Source: an uncultured virus (IMG/VR IMGVR_UViG_3300021962_000038) (taxonomy: Duplodnaviria > Heunggongvirae > Uroviricota > Caudoviricetes). Taken from it: a DNA stretch of 64,000 nucleotides. The notes under the pieces were generated by a model. The model did not search any database and was not told where the DNA came from. It worked only from the letters and a program-made list of their open reading frames with translations. Shown here piece by piece: positions 50,901 to 58,623 of this stretch. The stretch lies in IMG/VR virus record IMGVR_UViG_3300021962_000038, one strand, 5' to 3'. The position numbers and the translations under genes are program-made. The number at the start of each line of letters is the position of its first letter. The first letter of the stretch is position 1.

Positions 50901-51689
50901 GGTGGTATTGAAGTTAGATCAAGTAGAAACTATTACTTTGATGCAATTCATACTATGATACCTAGTGTTGTCCATACAGGTACAAGAATGTTTTGTCAAG
51001 TTTATGGAACTTACATGGATACTCCTGAAGCAACAGGGGGTGGTACAGTTTACACACAACAAGCCTCAGGTGAGTATATAACATTGAATGATAACTCATT
51101 CTTCTCATACCCAAGAATTGTTGCATCAAGTATCAATGAAACAAATGAAATGTCATCTAAGAAGTCATTCAAACTTGTTTTATCAATCAAATCATTCAAT
51201 AAAAACATCTCACCGATTATAGATGTTGGTACGATTGGTTGTTTAGGTATCATGAATAGAATAAACAATGTGGATACATCTGCTGATGTACCTACAGGAA
51301 CAACTTACATTCCTTCAACAGTTGCAGAAGGTGATAACAATGCATTCGTGTATTGCACTAAGAAAGTAAATCTTCAAACACCTGCAACTGCAATTAGAGT
51401 AAATGCAGATGTGTTTAGACCTTTTGGTTCAGATGTTAAATTCTTATTCAAAATTTTGACAAACGATGATAATACACCTTGGGATGAATTAGGTTGGAAT
51501 TATTTCAATACAGATGGTTCACCTGATACATCGATACCTCAAGATGGAAGAAACTTCAAAGAATATGAGTTTACTGCCGAGAACCTAAGAGAGTTTAGTG
51601 CATTTGCAGTCAAGATTGTTGGACAATCATCAAATACAAGTAGACCACCATTGGTGTCTTCATTGAGATGTTTAGGACTTGCAACATAA
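44970..51689 (+). CDS. Large virion structural protein (VrlC/DUF4815-like)
   Basis: LN..PYYDD, LFR.G..LQARELTQ.Q, GADR, PGKAYV.GYE, FDDGQRD, DRFKSGF.VDNF, DPLAQSF. Confidence 0.88.
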   Translation: MQKTDLNITPYYDDYSEDKNFHKVLFRAGRPLQARELTQSQSILQNQVERLGSHFFKEGSIIQGAQTDVNMDYYFVKVNSANPNSNGDANVETYRTSSHGSFIRGKTSGVVAQIMTSSAETTDDKLTLFVKYKSQGTDTDHSFAFTANESIEFVSFDSSGNATATGSNNEFSVVASTDTPNGRASIANISEGVVFIRGFFCKVDAQEIILEKYSGKPSYRVGLKVTEELISSANDNTLLDNATGTNNENAAGADRLKFSLTLSKFSLTDTDDTNFIEFVRVNNGIIELEITKPIYNEIENTLARRTYDTNGDFVVNQFRYNFREHLDDTTNRGYYTSALGGDETKVIMQVSPGKAYVRGYEIDKVGTTPITINKARTKVSLDNANSPVRLGNFLRVNNAHSLPEFGNESGTDAQTPYGLCKLWSDYTSSSAGTEPSGDYIGFCRVRDITIRSSGGVDGDGVYNDSSVFQLSIFDVKLLTKISYSAHSGTAKGGDKVTGSVSGATGIIAYDNNSNALYIHDVDGTFLDTDAISSEGAGDFALTAGQNTGVRTYDIGVVRGISQVPQNTNREVFTADTLVDKEATLSGVVTFTNASATMSGFGSRFVNQLNVGDVVYNPAASEYHVVTAVTNDTTATITQFNGNGATTAGGDYQGKVTRFRTAIYNQDQLANIFAWPRDWVATHTGESATVRRQEVVTVDSNGKFELDTGTGTFGTRNTDNFTLAIVEPKSGGTPDYAAGDLIDIESLTEDSLTSTGSGQVLTMSGLPNDNGALIRATFTVTITNPSNRQKVLRQARCLKVGSARTAGGYYGTAYDDRDITLGVSDVFRIRAIYEGVGGTDPLPPSATLNSINGTFTLFETVVGQTSGARATLIDYNGGSATSYWYYTNANKFVDGETIVGATSSAFATISGVSQGSPNIRNRYLFDDGQRDGYYDISKIIRKQGSAAPNNPIVIVFDYFTSSGSGDYYDVNSYLNAGVDYKDIPVYSPSRVDLGGLEPDGTFELSDAVDFRPNLGQILGTTTFGSANPDLTSIVDLSNTTSGAVYAPFSYVGNTQALGTNHGKSFESARTGITATGSSVNDVPVDGTSVVGDIDFYVSRIDRVYLHKSGLFQVATGIPAITPQRPKGVDDAIELFELRIPAYTLNTDGITVTSKDHRRYTMADIGKINKRVTNLERITSLSLLEKDVQSKQILDADGFDRFKSGFLVDNFRGHKRGDVFHPDYQCAIDSKRGQLRPRSYEQFFDISQNTSSSSHFRKTGDLITLPYTEATFINQSKGSRSINVNPYNVYAFIGNVKLSPETDVWQDTENLPTVTINREGTFDAVLAGNGNQTVGTVWNDWQTTWVGEPSVVDTELVSTTGGHWEGDPAQGGTWISGEVVTREITETPEVETRSGITTTVVEDFVETRNDRVVSVSIIPFMRSRTITIDATNLKPNTHHWVFFDGIRVDAYVRPYSATYSQDGGTTVSSGVKTDGNGRLRAYFELPNSSTQRFPTGEAKLEITSSYYNNPAPASHGSATYSAQGLLQSNQTEIISTRNGKVIVENVSASRNIIRRGEQLNSLAIDEIPPDTTPQEDPNPFDWGEADDDDDRPPPISDLPEDNDMPVDRGGDRRVVPIRPREGREIDGGYGDPLAQSFLVDAQGGIMLTSVDLFFHKKSTDMPVSVEIRNMVNGYPGQIILPFSKVSKNPADVNISTDGSTATTFTFDSPVFLEEGKEYSFVVISNSDDYEAFISRMGETDLVTGQTISGQPYAGSLFLSQNASTWTAEQTDDLKFHLKMASFDTTKNGSVVFENDALPTVKLQENPIKMFSGQTYFQVASYSHGMYHTSSNVTLSNIEGDEEGVVTNITHSSSGTLPVAGTYSAQSTTDTVGTGSGCTVTVVVSGSVGNEVIDSVKIASGGTGYTTSSSLQVTNLGGETNTLTMSVDAVSDTLGGIPIGALNTTFTAIANITIDTFTVTADLSSYDFISGYTATHNTIGGGIEVRSSRNYYFDAIHTMIPSVVHTGTRMFCQVYGTYMDTPEATGGGTVYTQQASGEYITLNDNSFFSYPRIVASSINETNEMSSKKSFKLVLSIKSFNKNISPIIDVGTIGCLGIMNRINNVDTSADVPTGTTYIPSTVAEGDNNAFVYCTKKVNLQTPATAIRVNADVFRPFGSDVKFLFKILTNDDNTPWDELGWNYFNTDGSPDTSIPQDGRNFKEYEFTAENLREFSAFAVKIVGQSSNTSRPPLVSSLRCLGLAT

Positions 51690-51690
51690 G

Positions 51691-51903
51691 ATGAAAAAGT
51701 TTGCAAGAGTTGAAGGACACAACACTCTCGTAAGAGATGAAGAAACAACTGCAATCATAAACACAGATATAAATGCATATTTTTATGCAAAACAAAGAAA
51801 GGAAAAATTCTTATCTCAAACAAGAGAAATAAATACATTAAAACAAGAAGTAACTGAGATAAAAGAGTTACTTCATAGAGTGGTAGAGAAAATAAATGGC
51901 TAA
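51691..51903 (+). CDS. Small conserved T4-like protein
   Basis: VEGH..LVRD..T.AIIN ... EI..LK.E..EIK.LL. Confidence 0.75.
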   Translation: MKKFARVEGHNTLVRDEETTAIINTDINAYFYAKQRKEKFLSQTREINTLKQEVTEIKELLHRVVEKING

Positions 51904-53263
51904 GACAGTAGACAATTTTAGTACAATAGAAAACTTCAGAACGAGGTATAATGAACTCGCCACCGATGTTGGTGATATTGCAGGTCTTAGAAGTGCAATT
52001 GGTGGTGCAACACTTGTAGATGCACTCAACACTTTAGAAGATAAATCATTTTTCTTTCAAGAATTTATTTTCAATGCAACTGCATCTCAAACCACATTTA
52101 GTGGTAATGATGAATTTGATAATGAACTAAGATTCAAAAGAAATAGAATTCAAGTTTTCCAAAACGCTAATCATCTATTAGAAGATGTTGATTACATTAT
52201 CGGAGGCCCATCAGGAAGTTTCCACACTTCTATTATTCTAAACTCAGGTGCATCTCTAAATGATAAAATTGTCATCTATGCATATACTGGTTCCTTTGAA
52301 GGAACATCTGCATCTGCTAATATTGTAGGATATTTTTCAGAGTCAACACTAAACACTATTTACAATACTAACGATAATGGTATTATTCTAAATGGTGATA
52401 ACTCTACACCTACAACACAACTACAATCAGGTTACACAATTCAACTTGCAGGTAAAACATATGCAGAAGATAATATTACACTTGCAAGTGGTAAAACACT
52501 TTCTGCACCTGTCATAACAGATGGTACTGCACAAATCACAGGTGGTGTTGGAACTTCATTCTCAAGTATTACTTCAACAAATTTTGTAGGTAATCTAACA
52601 GGTAATGTTACCTCAACAGGAACATCAACATTTTCAAATATAGATGTCAACGGTGGTGCAATAGACGGTGCTGTTATTGGTGCAAACTCAGCAGCTGCAA
52701 TCACTGGTACAACAATTACCGCAAGTACTAACTTCTCAGGAAATCTAACAGGTAATGTCACTGGTAATGTCACTGGTGATGTGACAGGAACAGTTTCAAG
52801 TTTATCTAACCACGATACAGATGATGTAGCAGAAGGATCAACTAACCAATACTTCACAAACGCAAGAGCAGATGCTAGAATCGCAGCTGCTAGTATAGAA
52901 GATTTGTCAGATGTACACACATTAGGAACACCAACTGCTGGTCAGATACTTGCATGGAATGCTTCAAATAATAGATTTGAAATAGCAGACAATGCAACAG
53001 TTTCAGGAAGTATTACAGAAACAACAAATAAATACTTTACAGATGCCAGAGTAAATGATGTAATATCTGCTGGTTCAGGTCTTGCTAAATCTTATAATGC
53101 AGGCACTAGTGATCCTTTAGATGGTGTCGCTACATTATCTGTAAACACATCAAACGGTATCAAAATAGACGGTGATGATGTAGAGTTAGATTACGAAACA
53201 GTGAGTTCCGCACCTTCTAGTGTAGGTTCAACTTCAACAGGTCACTTGTGGTTTGTGATTTAA
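51896..53263 (+). CDS. Fibre/whisker-like structural protein
   Basis: T.E.FR...N N-terminus, GNLTGNVTG repeats, TDD..EGSTN.YFT repeats, C-terminal P......GHLWFV. Confidence 0.75.
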   Translation: MAKTVDNFSTIENFRTRYNELATDVGDIAGLRSAIGGATLVDALNTLEDKSFFFQEFIFNATASQTTFSGNDEFDNELRFKRNRIQVFQNANHLLEDVDYIIGGPSGSFHTSIILNSGASLNDKIVIYAYTGSFEGTSASANIVGYFSESTLNTIYNTNDNGIILNGDNSTPTTQLQSGYTIQLAGKTYAEDNITLASGKTLSAPVITDGTAQITGGVGTSFSSITSTNFVGNLTGNVTSTGTSTFSNIDVNGGAIDGAVIGANSAAAITGTTITASTNFSGNLTGNVTGNVTGDVTGTVSSLSNHDTDDVAEGSTNQYFTNARADARIAAASIEDLSDVHTLGTPTAGQILAWNASNNRFEIADNATVSGSITETTNKYFTDARVNDVISAGSGLAKSYNAGTSDPLDGVATLSVNTSNGIKIDGDDVELDYETVSSAPSSVGSTSTGHLWFVI

Positions 53264-53279
53264 TGAAAAATGGTAGATA

Positions 53280-54479
53280 ATGTCAGAAGAAATTTATATA
53301 AACAGTGGAAGCACATTTCAACAACCTTATATAGGTAGAGCTTCTGTTAATGCACAACAACCTACCGTAGGTAGAACTCCATTCATTTATACAGCACAGG
53401 GACGATCACCCTTTACTTATCAGGCACAGAACCCTGCAACCTATCAAGCACAGGGTCAAGGTCAAACACCATATATTGCTAATGCACAACAGCCTTATCC
53501 ATATATTGCAAATGCACAGACACCTTACATTGCAAATGCAACTCAACCTTACCCATTTATTGCTAATGCACAACAGCCTTATATTGCTAATGCACAACAA
53601 CCGTATCCCTATATTGCAAATGCACAAACACCTTATATTGCAAATGCACAACAACCTTATCCATATATTGCGAATGCTCAACAACCATACATAGCAAATG
53701 CAAGAAACCCATTTACTTATCAGGCACAGGGAAATACACAACAACCTTATCCGTTTAGTTTTCAAAACCCATTTACTTTTCAGGCACAAGGTCAGACACC
53801 TTATCCGTACATTGCAAGTGGAAGAAGACCTGTTAGTGTACAGAGTCCATACACATTTAGTACACAACAACCTGTAATAGGAAGAACACCTTACATATAT
53901 GCAGGTGATGTAAGTTATATTGGAAGTTATGGAGTTTCTTATGGTGAATATACTTCACGATCATCAGGTTCTGCAACTGCAACCTGTTCATGGATTTTCT
54001 ATGCATATTACACAGATTTAACTATAATTGAATTAAGAATACTAAGGCAGCAGTCAGATAGTGGTGGTTATTACAATACATCAAATGTATTTCAAAGTCC
54101 AAATACTTATGCTGATCTACCTCAGCCAGTTACTTCTGCCATAGGTTTATGTTATTATATTGATGATGTTCCAAGTGGGTATTCAGTTAGATATAATATA
54201 AACAGTACAAATGACGATGGTATTGGTAGTTCTATTATCGATGGTTATTCAAGTTCACCATGCAACGCTACAATGACAACATCTGCACAAAGTATTTCAA
54301 TGAGTACTATACGAGGTGTTCGTTTTAGAAAATCTGTAACGGTTACTGACGGTGAGTTTGAGGCTGGTTTTACAGTATGGAATGTCTCATTCATTTTTGA
54401 AAAATCAGGTTCAACAACCTTTACAAAAACATTTGATATAGAATTACTTGCAGAAGCAGAATCATTTGGGGGTCAATAA
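53280..54479 (+). CDS. Pro/Tyr/Gln repeat fibre protein A (QQPYIANA repeats plus C-terminal beta-rich domain)
   Basis: Residues 16-204 are a strict 6/8/10/12-residue proline-punctuated repeat. The last ~190 aa are non-repetitive. Confidence 0.8.
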   Translation: MSEEIYINSGSTFQQPYIGRASVNAQQPTVGRTPFIYTAQGRSPFTYQAQNPATYQAQGQGQTPYIANAQQPYPYIANAQTPYIANATQPYPFIANAQQPYIANAQQPYPYIANAQTPYIANAQQPYPYIANAQQPYIANARNPFTYQAQGNTQQPYPFSFQNPFTFQAQGQTPYPYIASGRRPVSVQSPYTFSTQQPVIGRTPYIYAGDVSYIGSYGVSYGEYTSRSSGSATATCSWIFYAYYTDLTIIELRILRQQSDSGGYYNTSNVFQSPNTYADLPQPVTSAIGLCYYIDDVPSGYSVRYNINSTNDDGIGSSIIDGYSSSPCNATMTTSAQSISMSTIRGVRFRKSVTVTDGEFEAGFTVWNVSFIFEKSGSTTFTKTFDIELLAEAESFGGQ

Positions 54480-54481
54480 AA

Positions 54482-54679
54482 ATGTCAGTAACATATAATA
54501 TTGATAACATTGAAGTTTTAAATTCTGATTTGTCAAATGTAACTGTTACTTTTACTGATGGTTCAAACACACTAACAAGAACCTATAAAAGACTAACAAA
54601 ACATGAATCTTTAGATGCACAGAGTTGGAAACTAGATAGAGTAAAAGAATTTTTAGAAACAGAGGTATGGAGTAGTTAA
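54482..54679 (+). CDS. Small hypothetical protein between the repeat genes
   Basis: 65-aa ORF with 2-nt gaps to both neighbours. Confidence 0.65.
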   Translation: MSVTYNIDNIEVLNSDLSNVTVTFTDGSNTLTRTYKRLTKHESLDAQSWKLDRVKEFLETEVWSS

Positions 54680-54681
54680 AG

Positions 54682-55407
54682 ATGCCTATAGGTCAACAAC
54701 CATATCCATATACTGTCCCTGTTATTGCAAATGGAACTTATCCAGTTATAACACAGCAGCCCTATACATTTTCAGCACAGGGTACAACACCTTATCCGTA
54801 TATTGGAAATGCAAGACAACCTGTAACAGCTCAAGGACGAACACCTGCAACATATCCTTATATTGCAAGTGCCCAACAACCGTTCACTTATCAAGCAAGA
54901 CAACCATTTACATATCAAGCAACTGGTAGAACACCGTTCACATATCAGAACAGACAACCAAGTACTTATCAAGCAACTGGACGAACACCCTTTACATATA
55001 ATGCAAGATCACCTTTTACTTATCAAGCAACTGGGGGTACACCATTTACCTATCAAGCAAGACAACCAAGTACTTATCAAGCACAGGGAAGGACACCATT
55101 TACATATCAAAACAGACAACCGTTTCCTTATCCGTATATTGCAAACACTAATCAACCTTATATAGCTAATGCACAACAACCTTACACATACAATGCAAAT
55201 GCACAACAACCTTATATTTTCCAAACACCGTTTACTTATCAGGTTCCGTATATTGCAACTAGACCTATCGGCCCGATTGCAAAGGTGAAGGGTGTCTTCA
55301 TAAATCAAAATGGTTCAATTGTAAAAGCACAAGAAATATATGTAAATGATAGTGGAACCCTAAGAAAAATACATCAAGCAGTTCCAAATGCACAATTTCA
55401 AACATAA
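54682..55407 (+). CDS. Pro/Tyr/Gln repeat fibre protein B (RQPFTYQA/GRTPFTYQ repeats)
   Basis: Residues 7-195 are repeats. C-terminal KVKGVFIN...EIYVNDSG beta motif. Confidence 0.8.
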   Translation: MPIGQQPYPYTVPVIANGTYPVITQQPYTFSAQGTTPYPYIGNARQPVTAQGRTPATYPYIASAQQPFTYQARQPFTYQATGRTPFTYQNRQPSTYQATGRTPFTYNARSPFTYQATGGTPFTYQARQPSTYQAQGRTPFTYQNRQPFPYPYIANTNQPYIANAQQPYTYNANAQQPYIFQTPFTYQVPYIATRPIGPIAKVKGVFINQNGSIVKAQEIYVNDSGTLRKIHQAVPNAQFQT

Positions 55408-55425
55408 AGTGGTATAAATAGTTAT

Positions 55426-55758
55426 ATGGCTATCATTGCAAACCTCTATATAGATCAAGGAACAGACTTCAGTATTACAGTTGATGTAACTGATAGTGCA
55501 GGTGATATTTTAGAGTTGAGTGACTATACAGCAGCTGCACAAATTAGAAAAACTTATAGTTCATCATCTGTCAGTGCAACCTTTGCTACTTCAATTGCAG
55601 AGTTAGCAGGTCAAGTAACTATTTCTTTGACTGATACACAAACAGCTGCACTTGAATCAGGTAGATATGTGTACGATCTAAATATAACAAGTTCTGCAGG
55701 TTTAGTCACAAGAGTAATTGAAGGACAGGCAATCGTAACGCCTGGTGTAACAAGGTAA
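55426..55758 (+). CDS. Virion structural protein (BppU-N-like Ig fold)
   Basis: NL.IDQG.DF, L..Y.A.AQIRK, G...ISLT..QT, GRYVYD, RVIEG...V.PGVT. TATAAATA at 55413-55420. Confidence 0.8.
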   Translation: MAIIANLYIDQGTDFSITVDVTDSAGDILELSDYTAAAQIRKTYSSSSVSATFATSIAELAGQVTISLTDTQTAALESGRYVYDLNITSSAGLVTRVIEGQAIVTPGVTR

Positions 55759-55762
55759 TAAT

Positions 55763-55978
55763 ATGTCAAATATCAAAGCAAGAGTTTTACAAACAAACAC
55801 AATTCGTGCAAAGCAAGTTGCGATTGGTAACTCATCAACCAATGTAAACCTTTCTGCAAAATCAATCAACGAACTTGCAGATGTGAATGTTACTGAAACA
55901 GATGATGGACTTCTTTCTTATGATGCAGCTACTGATAAGTGGATAACAAAAACCACTATTGACGGCGGAACATTCTAG
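55763..55978 (+). CDS. Small structural protein ending IDGGTF
   Basis: L.DV......DG.L.YD....KW motif. Confidence 0.7.
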   Translation: MSNIKARVLQTNTIRAKQVAIGNSSTNVNLSAKSINELADVNVTETDDGLLSYDAATDKWITKTTIDGGTF

Positions 55979-55984
55979 TTTTTC

Positions 55985-56863
55985 GTGAATTCTATACGCT
56001 CATACGATGAGTGGTCTACTTTACAAGAAATTATATTAGGTACCACAGGTCTAAATTTTAGTCATCCTATCTTTCCGATAGTCGAAGAAGGGTTAGATGC
56101 ATTCTCAAATATTCTCAAAAAACACAATGTAAAGGTTTACAGACCTGAAGGGTTTTGTTATAATGTACGAGATTGTGCATTCGTCTATGGTGATATGATC
56201 GTAGATGCACCTATGAAATATCAAGACAAATATGTAGAACTCGATACACTCAAACCAATTTTTCAACAAAAAATGTTAGAGGGTGGTAGATGGTTGTCTG
56301 CACCCAAACCTAAATGGGACGGAACCAATGAACCCCTTTTTGATGCAGCTAATATTGCAAGAATAGGAAAGGATATAATTTTTGCAGTAAACAAAACATC
56401 CAATCGAATGGGAAGACAGTGGTTGAGATCCTTACTTCCTGATGACATCACCATACACTCTGTATCAACTTTTGCAACAGTATCACACATTGACACAACG
56501 ATTGTACCACTTGCACCTTATGTTGTAATGGTTAACTCTAGTAGAATTACACCTAGTACACTTCCCTCATGTTTTTTAAAATATGATGTGATATGGATAA
56601 AGGAAGATGACTTGGTAAAAACAGAACTTATTGATAACACACCTTTCAAGGAGACTGCAAGTGATTGGATAGGTATGAATGTTCTTTCATTAGATAAAGA
56701 AAGAGTTTTTGTACAAGAAGAACAAACAAAACTTATGGACAAACTTTCTAAACACGGTTTTGAGTGCATTCCTGTACCACTGAAACACACACGAGAAATG
56801 TGTGGTGGTCTACATTGTTGCACTTTAGATTTAGTTAGGGAGTCTTATTTGTATAAATATTAG
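55985..56863 (+). CDS. Amidinotransferase (glycine/inosamine-phosphate amidinotransferase family)
   Basis: EW..L.E.I.G, RD, FDAAN..R.G.D, HIDTT..PL, W.GMNVLS, GG.HC.TLD..R. Confidence 0.9.
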   Translation: MNSIRSYDEWSTLQEIILGTTGLNFSHPIFPIVEEGLDAFSNILKKHNVKVYRPEGFCYNVRDCAFVYGDMIVDAPMKYQDKYVELDTLKPIFQQKMLEGGRWLSAPKPKWDGTNEPLFDAANIARIGKDIIFAVNKTSNRMGRQWLRSLLPDDITIHSVSTFATVSHIDTTIVPLAPYVVMVNSSRITPSTLPSCFLKYDVIWIKEDDLVKTELIDNTPFKETASDWIGMNVLSLDKERVFVQEEQTKLMDKLSKHGFECIPVPLKHTREMCGGLHCCTLDLVRESYLYKY

Positions 56864-56999
56864 TATAAATCAAGGTGTCATCCATTGAGACACGACCCTC
56901 ATAGTGAGAGGACAGGTATATTATGATTCTTTCTCGGACAGTGAAGAGAAATTTTTATAAAAATTTAACTTAACTTTTTTTTTATTCTAGGAGAATAAC

Positions 57000-58595
57000 A
57001 TGGCAACAGTCATTCAAATTAAAAGGTCAACAGGTTTATCTGCTCCTACAACTTCTGACTTATCAGAAGGGGAATTAGCGTATACCCAAGACCGTTCCAA
57101 TAGTGGTGCAAGTGCAAAACTATGGATCGAATCTGTTGATTCAGATAACTCTACTCCTTTGATCCAAGCTATCGGTGGTAAATACTACACTGATATTCTT
57201 GCAGGATCATCTGCAACACCTGCTAACTTTATCGTTGGTAACGGTGCAACATCAGGTGCTTCAGTTCAATTGAGAGAAGATTCTGACAACGGTTCAAACT
57301 ATGTTGCATTGAAAGCACCTGATAATATTGGTACTTCATTGACCTTTACATTACCATCAGCTGATGGTACTTCAGGTCAGTTTTTATCAACAGACGCTTC
57401 AGGAAATCTTTCTTTTGCATCAGCAATTTCAACACTTGCAGGTGCTACAGACTCAGATATCTCTGCTCCAACATCAGGACAAGTTCTTGTATGGGATGGT
57501 ACAGATTCATTTGATAATGTAAGCATTTCAGGTGACGCTACACTTGCTTCAGACGGTGCTCTAACAATTTCTGCTGGTGCAGTTGAGAACTCAATGTTAG
57601 CAGGTTCAATCTCATATGACAAGATCGACTTCTTAGTTGACGAAGACAACATGGCATCTGATTCAGCTGTCAAAGTTCCTACTCAACAGTCAGTCAAAGC
57701 ATATGTTGATTCACAAGTAACTGCTCAAGACTTAGATGTTTCAGACGGAACTACAGCAATTGATATTGACTTAGATTCTGAAACTCTTTCAATCTTAGGT
57801 GGTACTGGTGTAACATCAACTGCTTCAGGTACAAGTGTCACACTTGCTATCGGTCAGGCAGTTGGTACATCTGATAATGTTCAGTTCAACAATGTTCAAG
57901 TTGACGGAACTCTTACTTCAGATGACTTAACATCAGCAAACATTACTGCTACAGGTAACTTGACTGTTTCAGGTAACTTGACTGTTAATGGTACAACAAC
58001 TACAGTTAACTCAACAACTACTTCAGTTGCTGACCCTGTATTTGAAATCGGTGATGATTCCTCAGACGATAACCTAGATCGTGGTATCAAATTCCTATGG
58101 AATGATGGTTCTGCTAAAGTAGGTTTCTTTGGTATGGATGATTCTGATTCTAAATTCAAATTTATTGCAAACGCTACAGATACCTCTTCAGTATTCTCAG
58201 GTTCACTTGGAAATGCTGCTTTCGGTGGTTTAGAAGCAACAGGACTTGCACTTTCAGGTTCTATTACTTCAGTTGACGGTTCTGCTCCTACTGCTGGACA
58301 ATTACTCATTGGTAATGGTTCTAATGGAGACATGGAACTTGCTACATTGACAGCTGGTGAAGGACTTGATGTAACAAATGCTGACGGTTCAATCACAATA
58401 TCTGCTGAAGATGCAACTGCTGGTAACAAAGGTATTGCTTCATTCTCTGCTAGTTACTTTACTGTAACTTCAGGTGATGTTGCTATCAATGATGCTTCAA
58501 CATCTGCAAAAGGTATTGCTTTATTTGACTCAAGTAACTTCTCAGTATCAAGTGGTACTGTAACAGTCACAGCTATAGACGGTGGTACATTCTAA
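57000..58595 (+). CDS. Tail fibre-like protein with Mtd-N-like N-terminus
   Basis: IQIKRS..GELA, LKAP, TLP.ADG..GQ.L.TD.SG.LSF, PTQQSVKAYVD, GNLTV.GTTTTVNST; ends IDGGTF. Confidence 0.8.
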   Translation: MATVIQIKRSTGLSAPTTSDLSEGELAYTQDRSNSGASAKLWIESVDSDNSTPLIQAIGGKYYTDILAGSSATPANFIVGNGATSGASVQLREDSDNGSNYVALKAPDNIGTSLTFTLPSADGTSGQFLSTDASGNLSFASAISTLAGATDSDISAPTSGQVLVWDGTDSFDNVSISGDATLASDGALTISAGAVENSMLAGSISYDKIDFLVDEDNMASDSAVKVPTQQSVKAYVDSQVTAQDLDVSDGTTAIDIDLDSETLSILGGTGVTSTASGTSVTLAIGQAVGTSDNVQFNNVQVDGTLTSDDLTSANITATGNLTVSGNLTVNGTTTTVNSTTTSVADPVFEIGDDSSDDNLDRGIKFLWNDGSAKVGFFGMDDSDSKFKFIANATDTSSVFSGSLGNAAFGGLEATGLALSGSITSVDGSAPTAGQLLIGNGSNGDMELATLTAGEGLDVTNADGSITISAEDATAGNKGIASFSASYFTVTSGDVAINDASTSAKGIALFDSSNFSVSSGTVTVTAIDGGTF

Positions 58596-58623
58596 TAACA
58601 GTCACTAACTATAGGAGAAAAAT

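Noticed and set aside
44970..51689. Intein or intron in the 2239-aa protein, including the acidic Pro-rich patch near 49650-49850
   Set aside because: No intein splice motifs or homing endonuclease signature. The patch looks like a variable linker before DPLAQSF.
53325..55266. Tandem repeats as a CRISPR array or non-coding satellite
   Set aside because: Unit lengths are multiples of 3 inside open ORFs and variation is mostly synonymous.
36388..58429. Numerous antisense ORFs of 60-180 aa (e.g. 36388-36894, 52441-52920, 53406-53870, 57896-58429)
   Set aside because: They are shadows of biased codon usage or repeats on the coding strand, with no SD or recognisable motifs.
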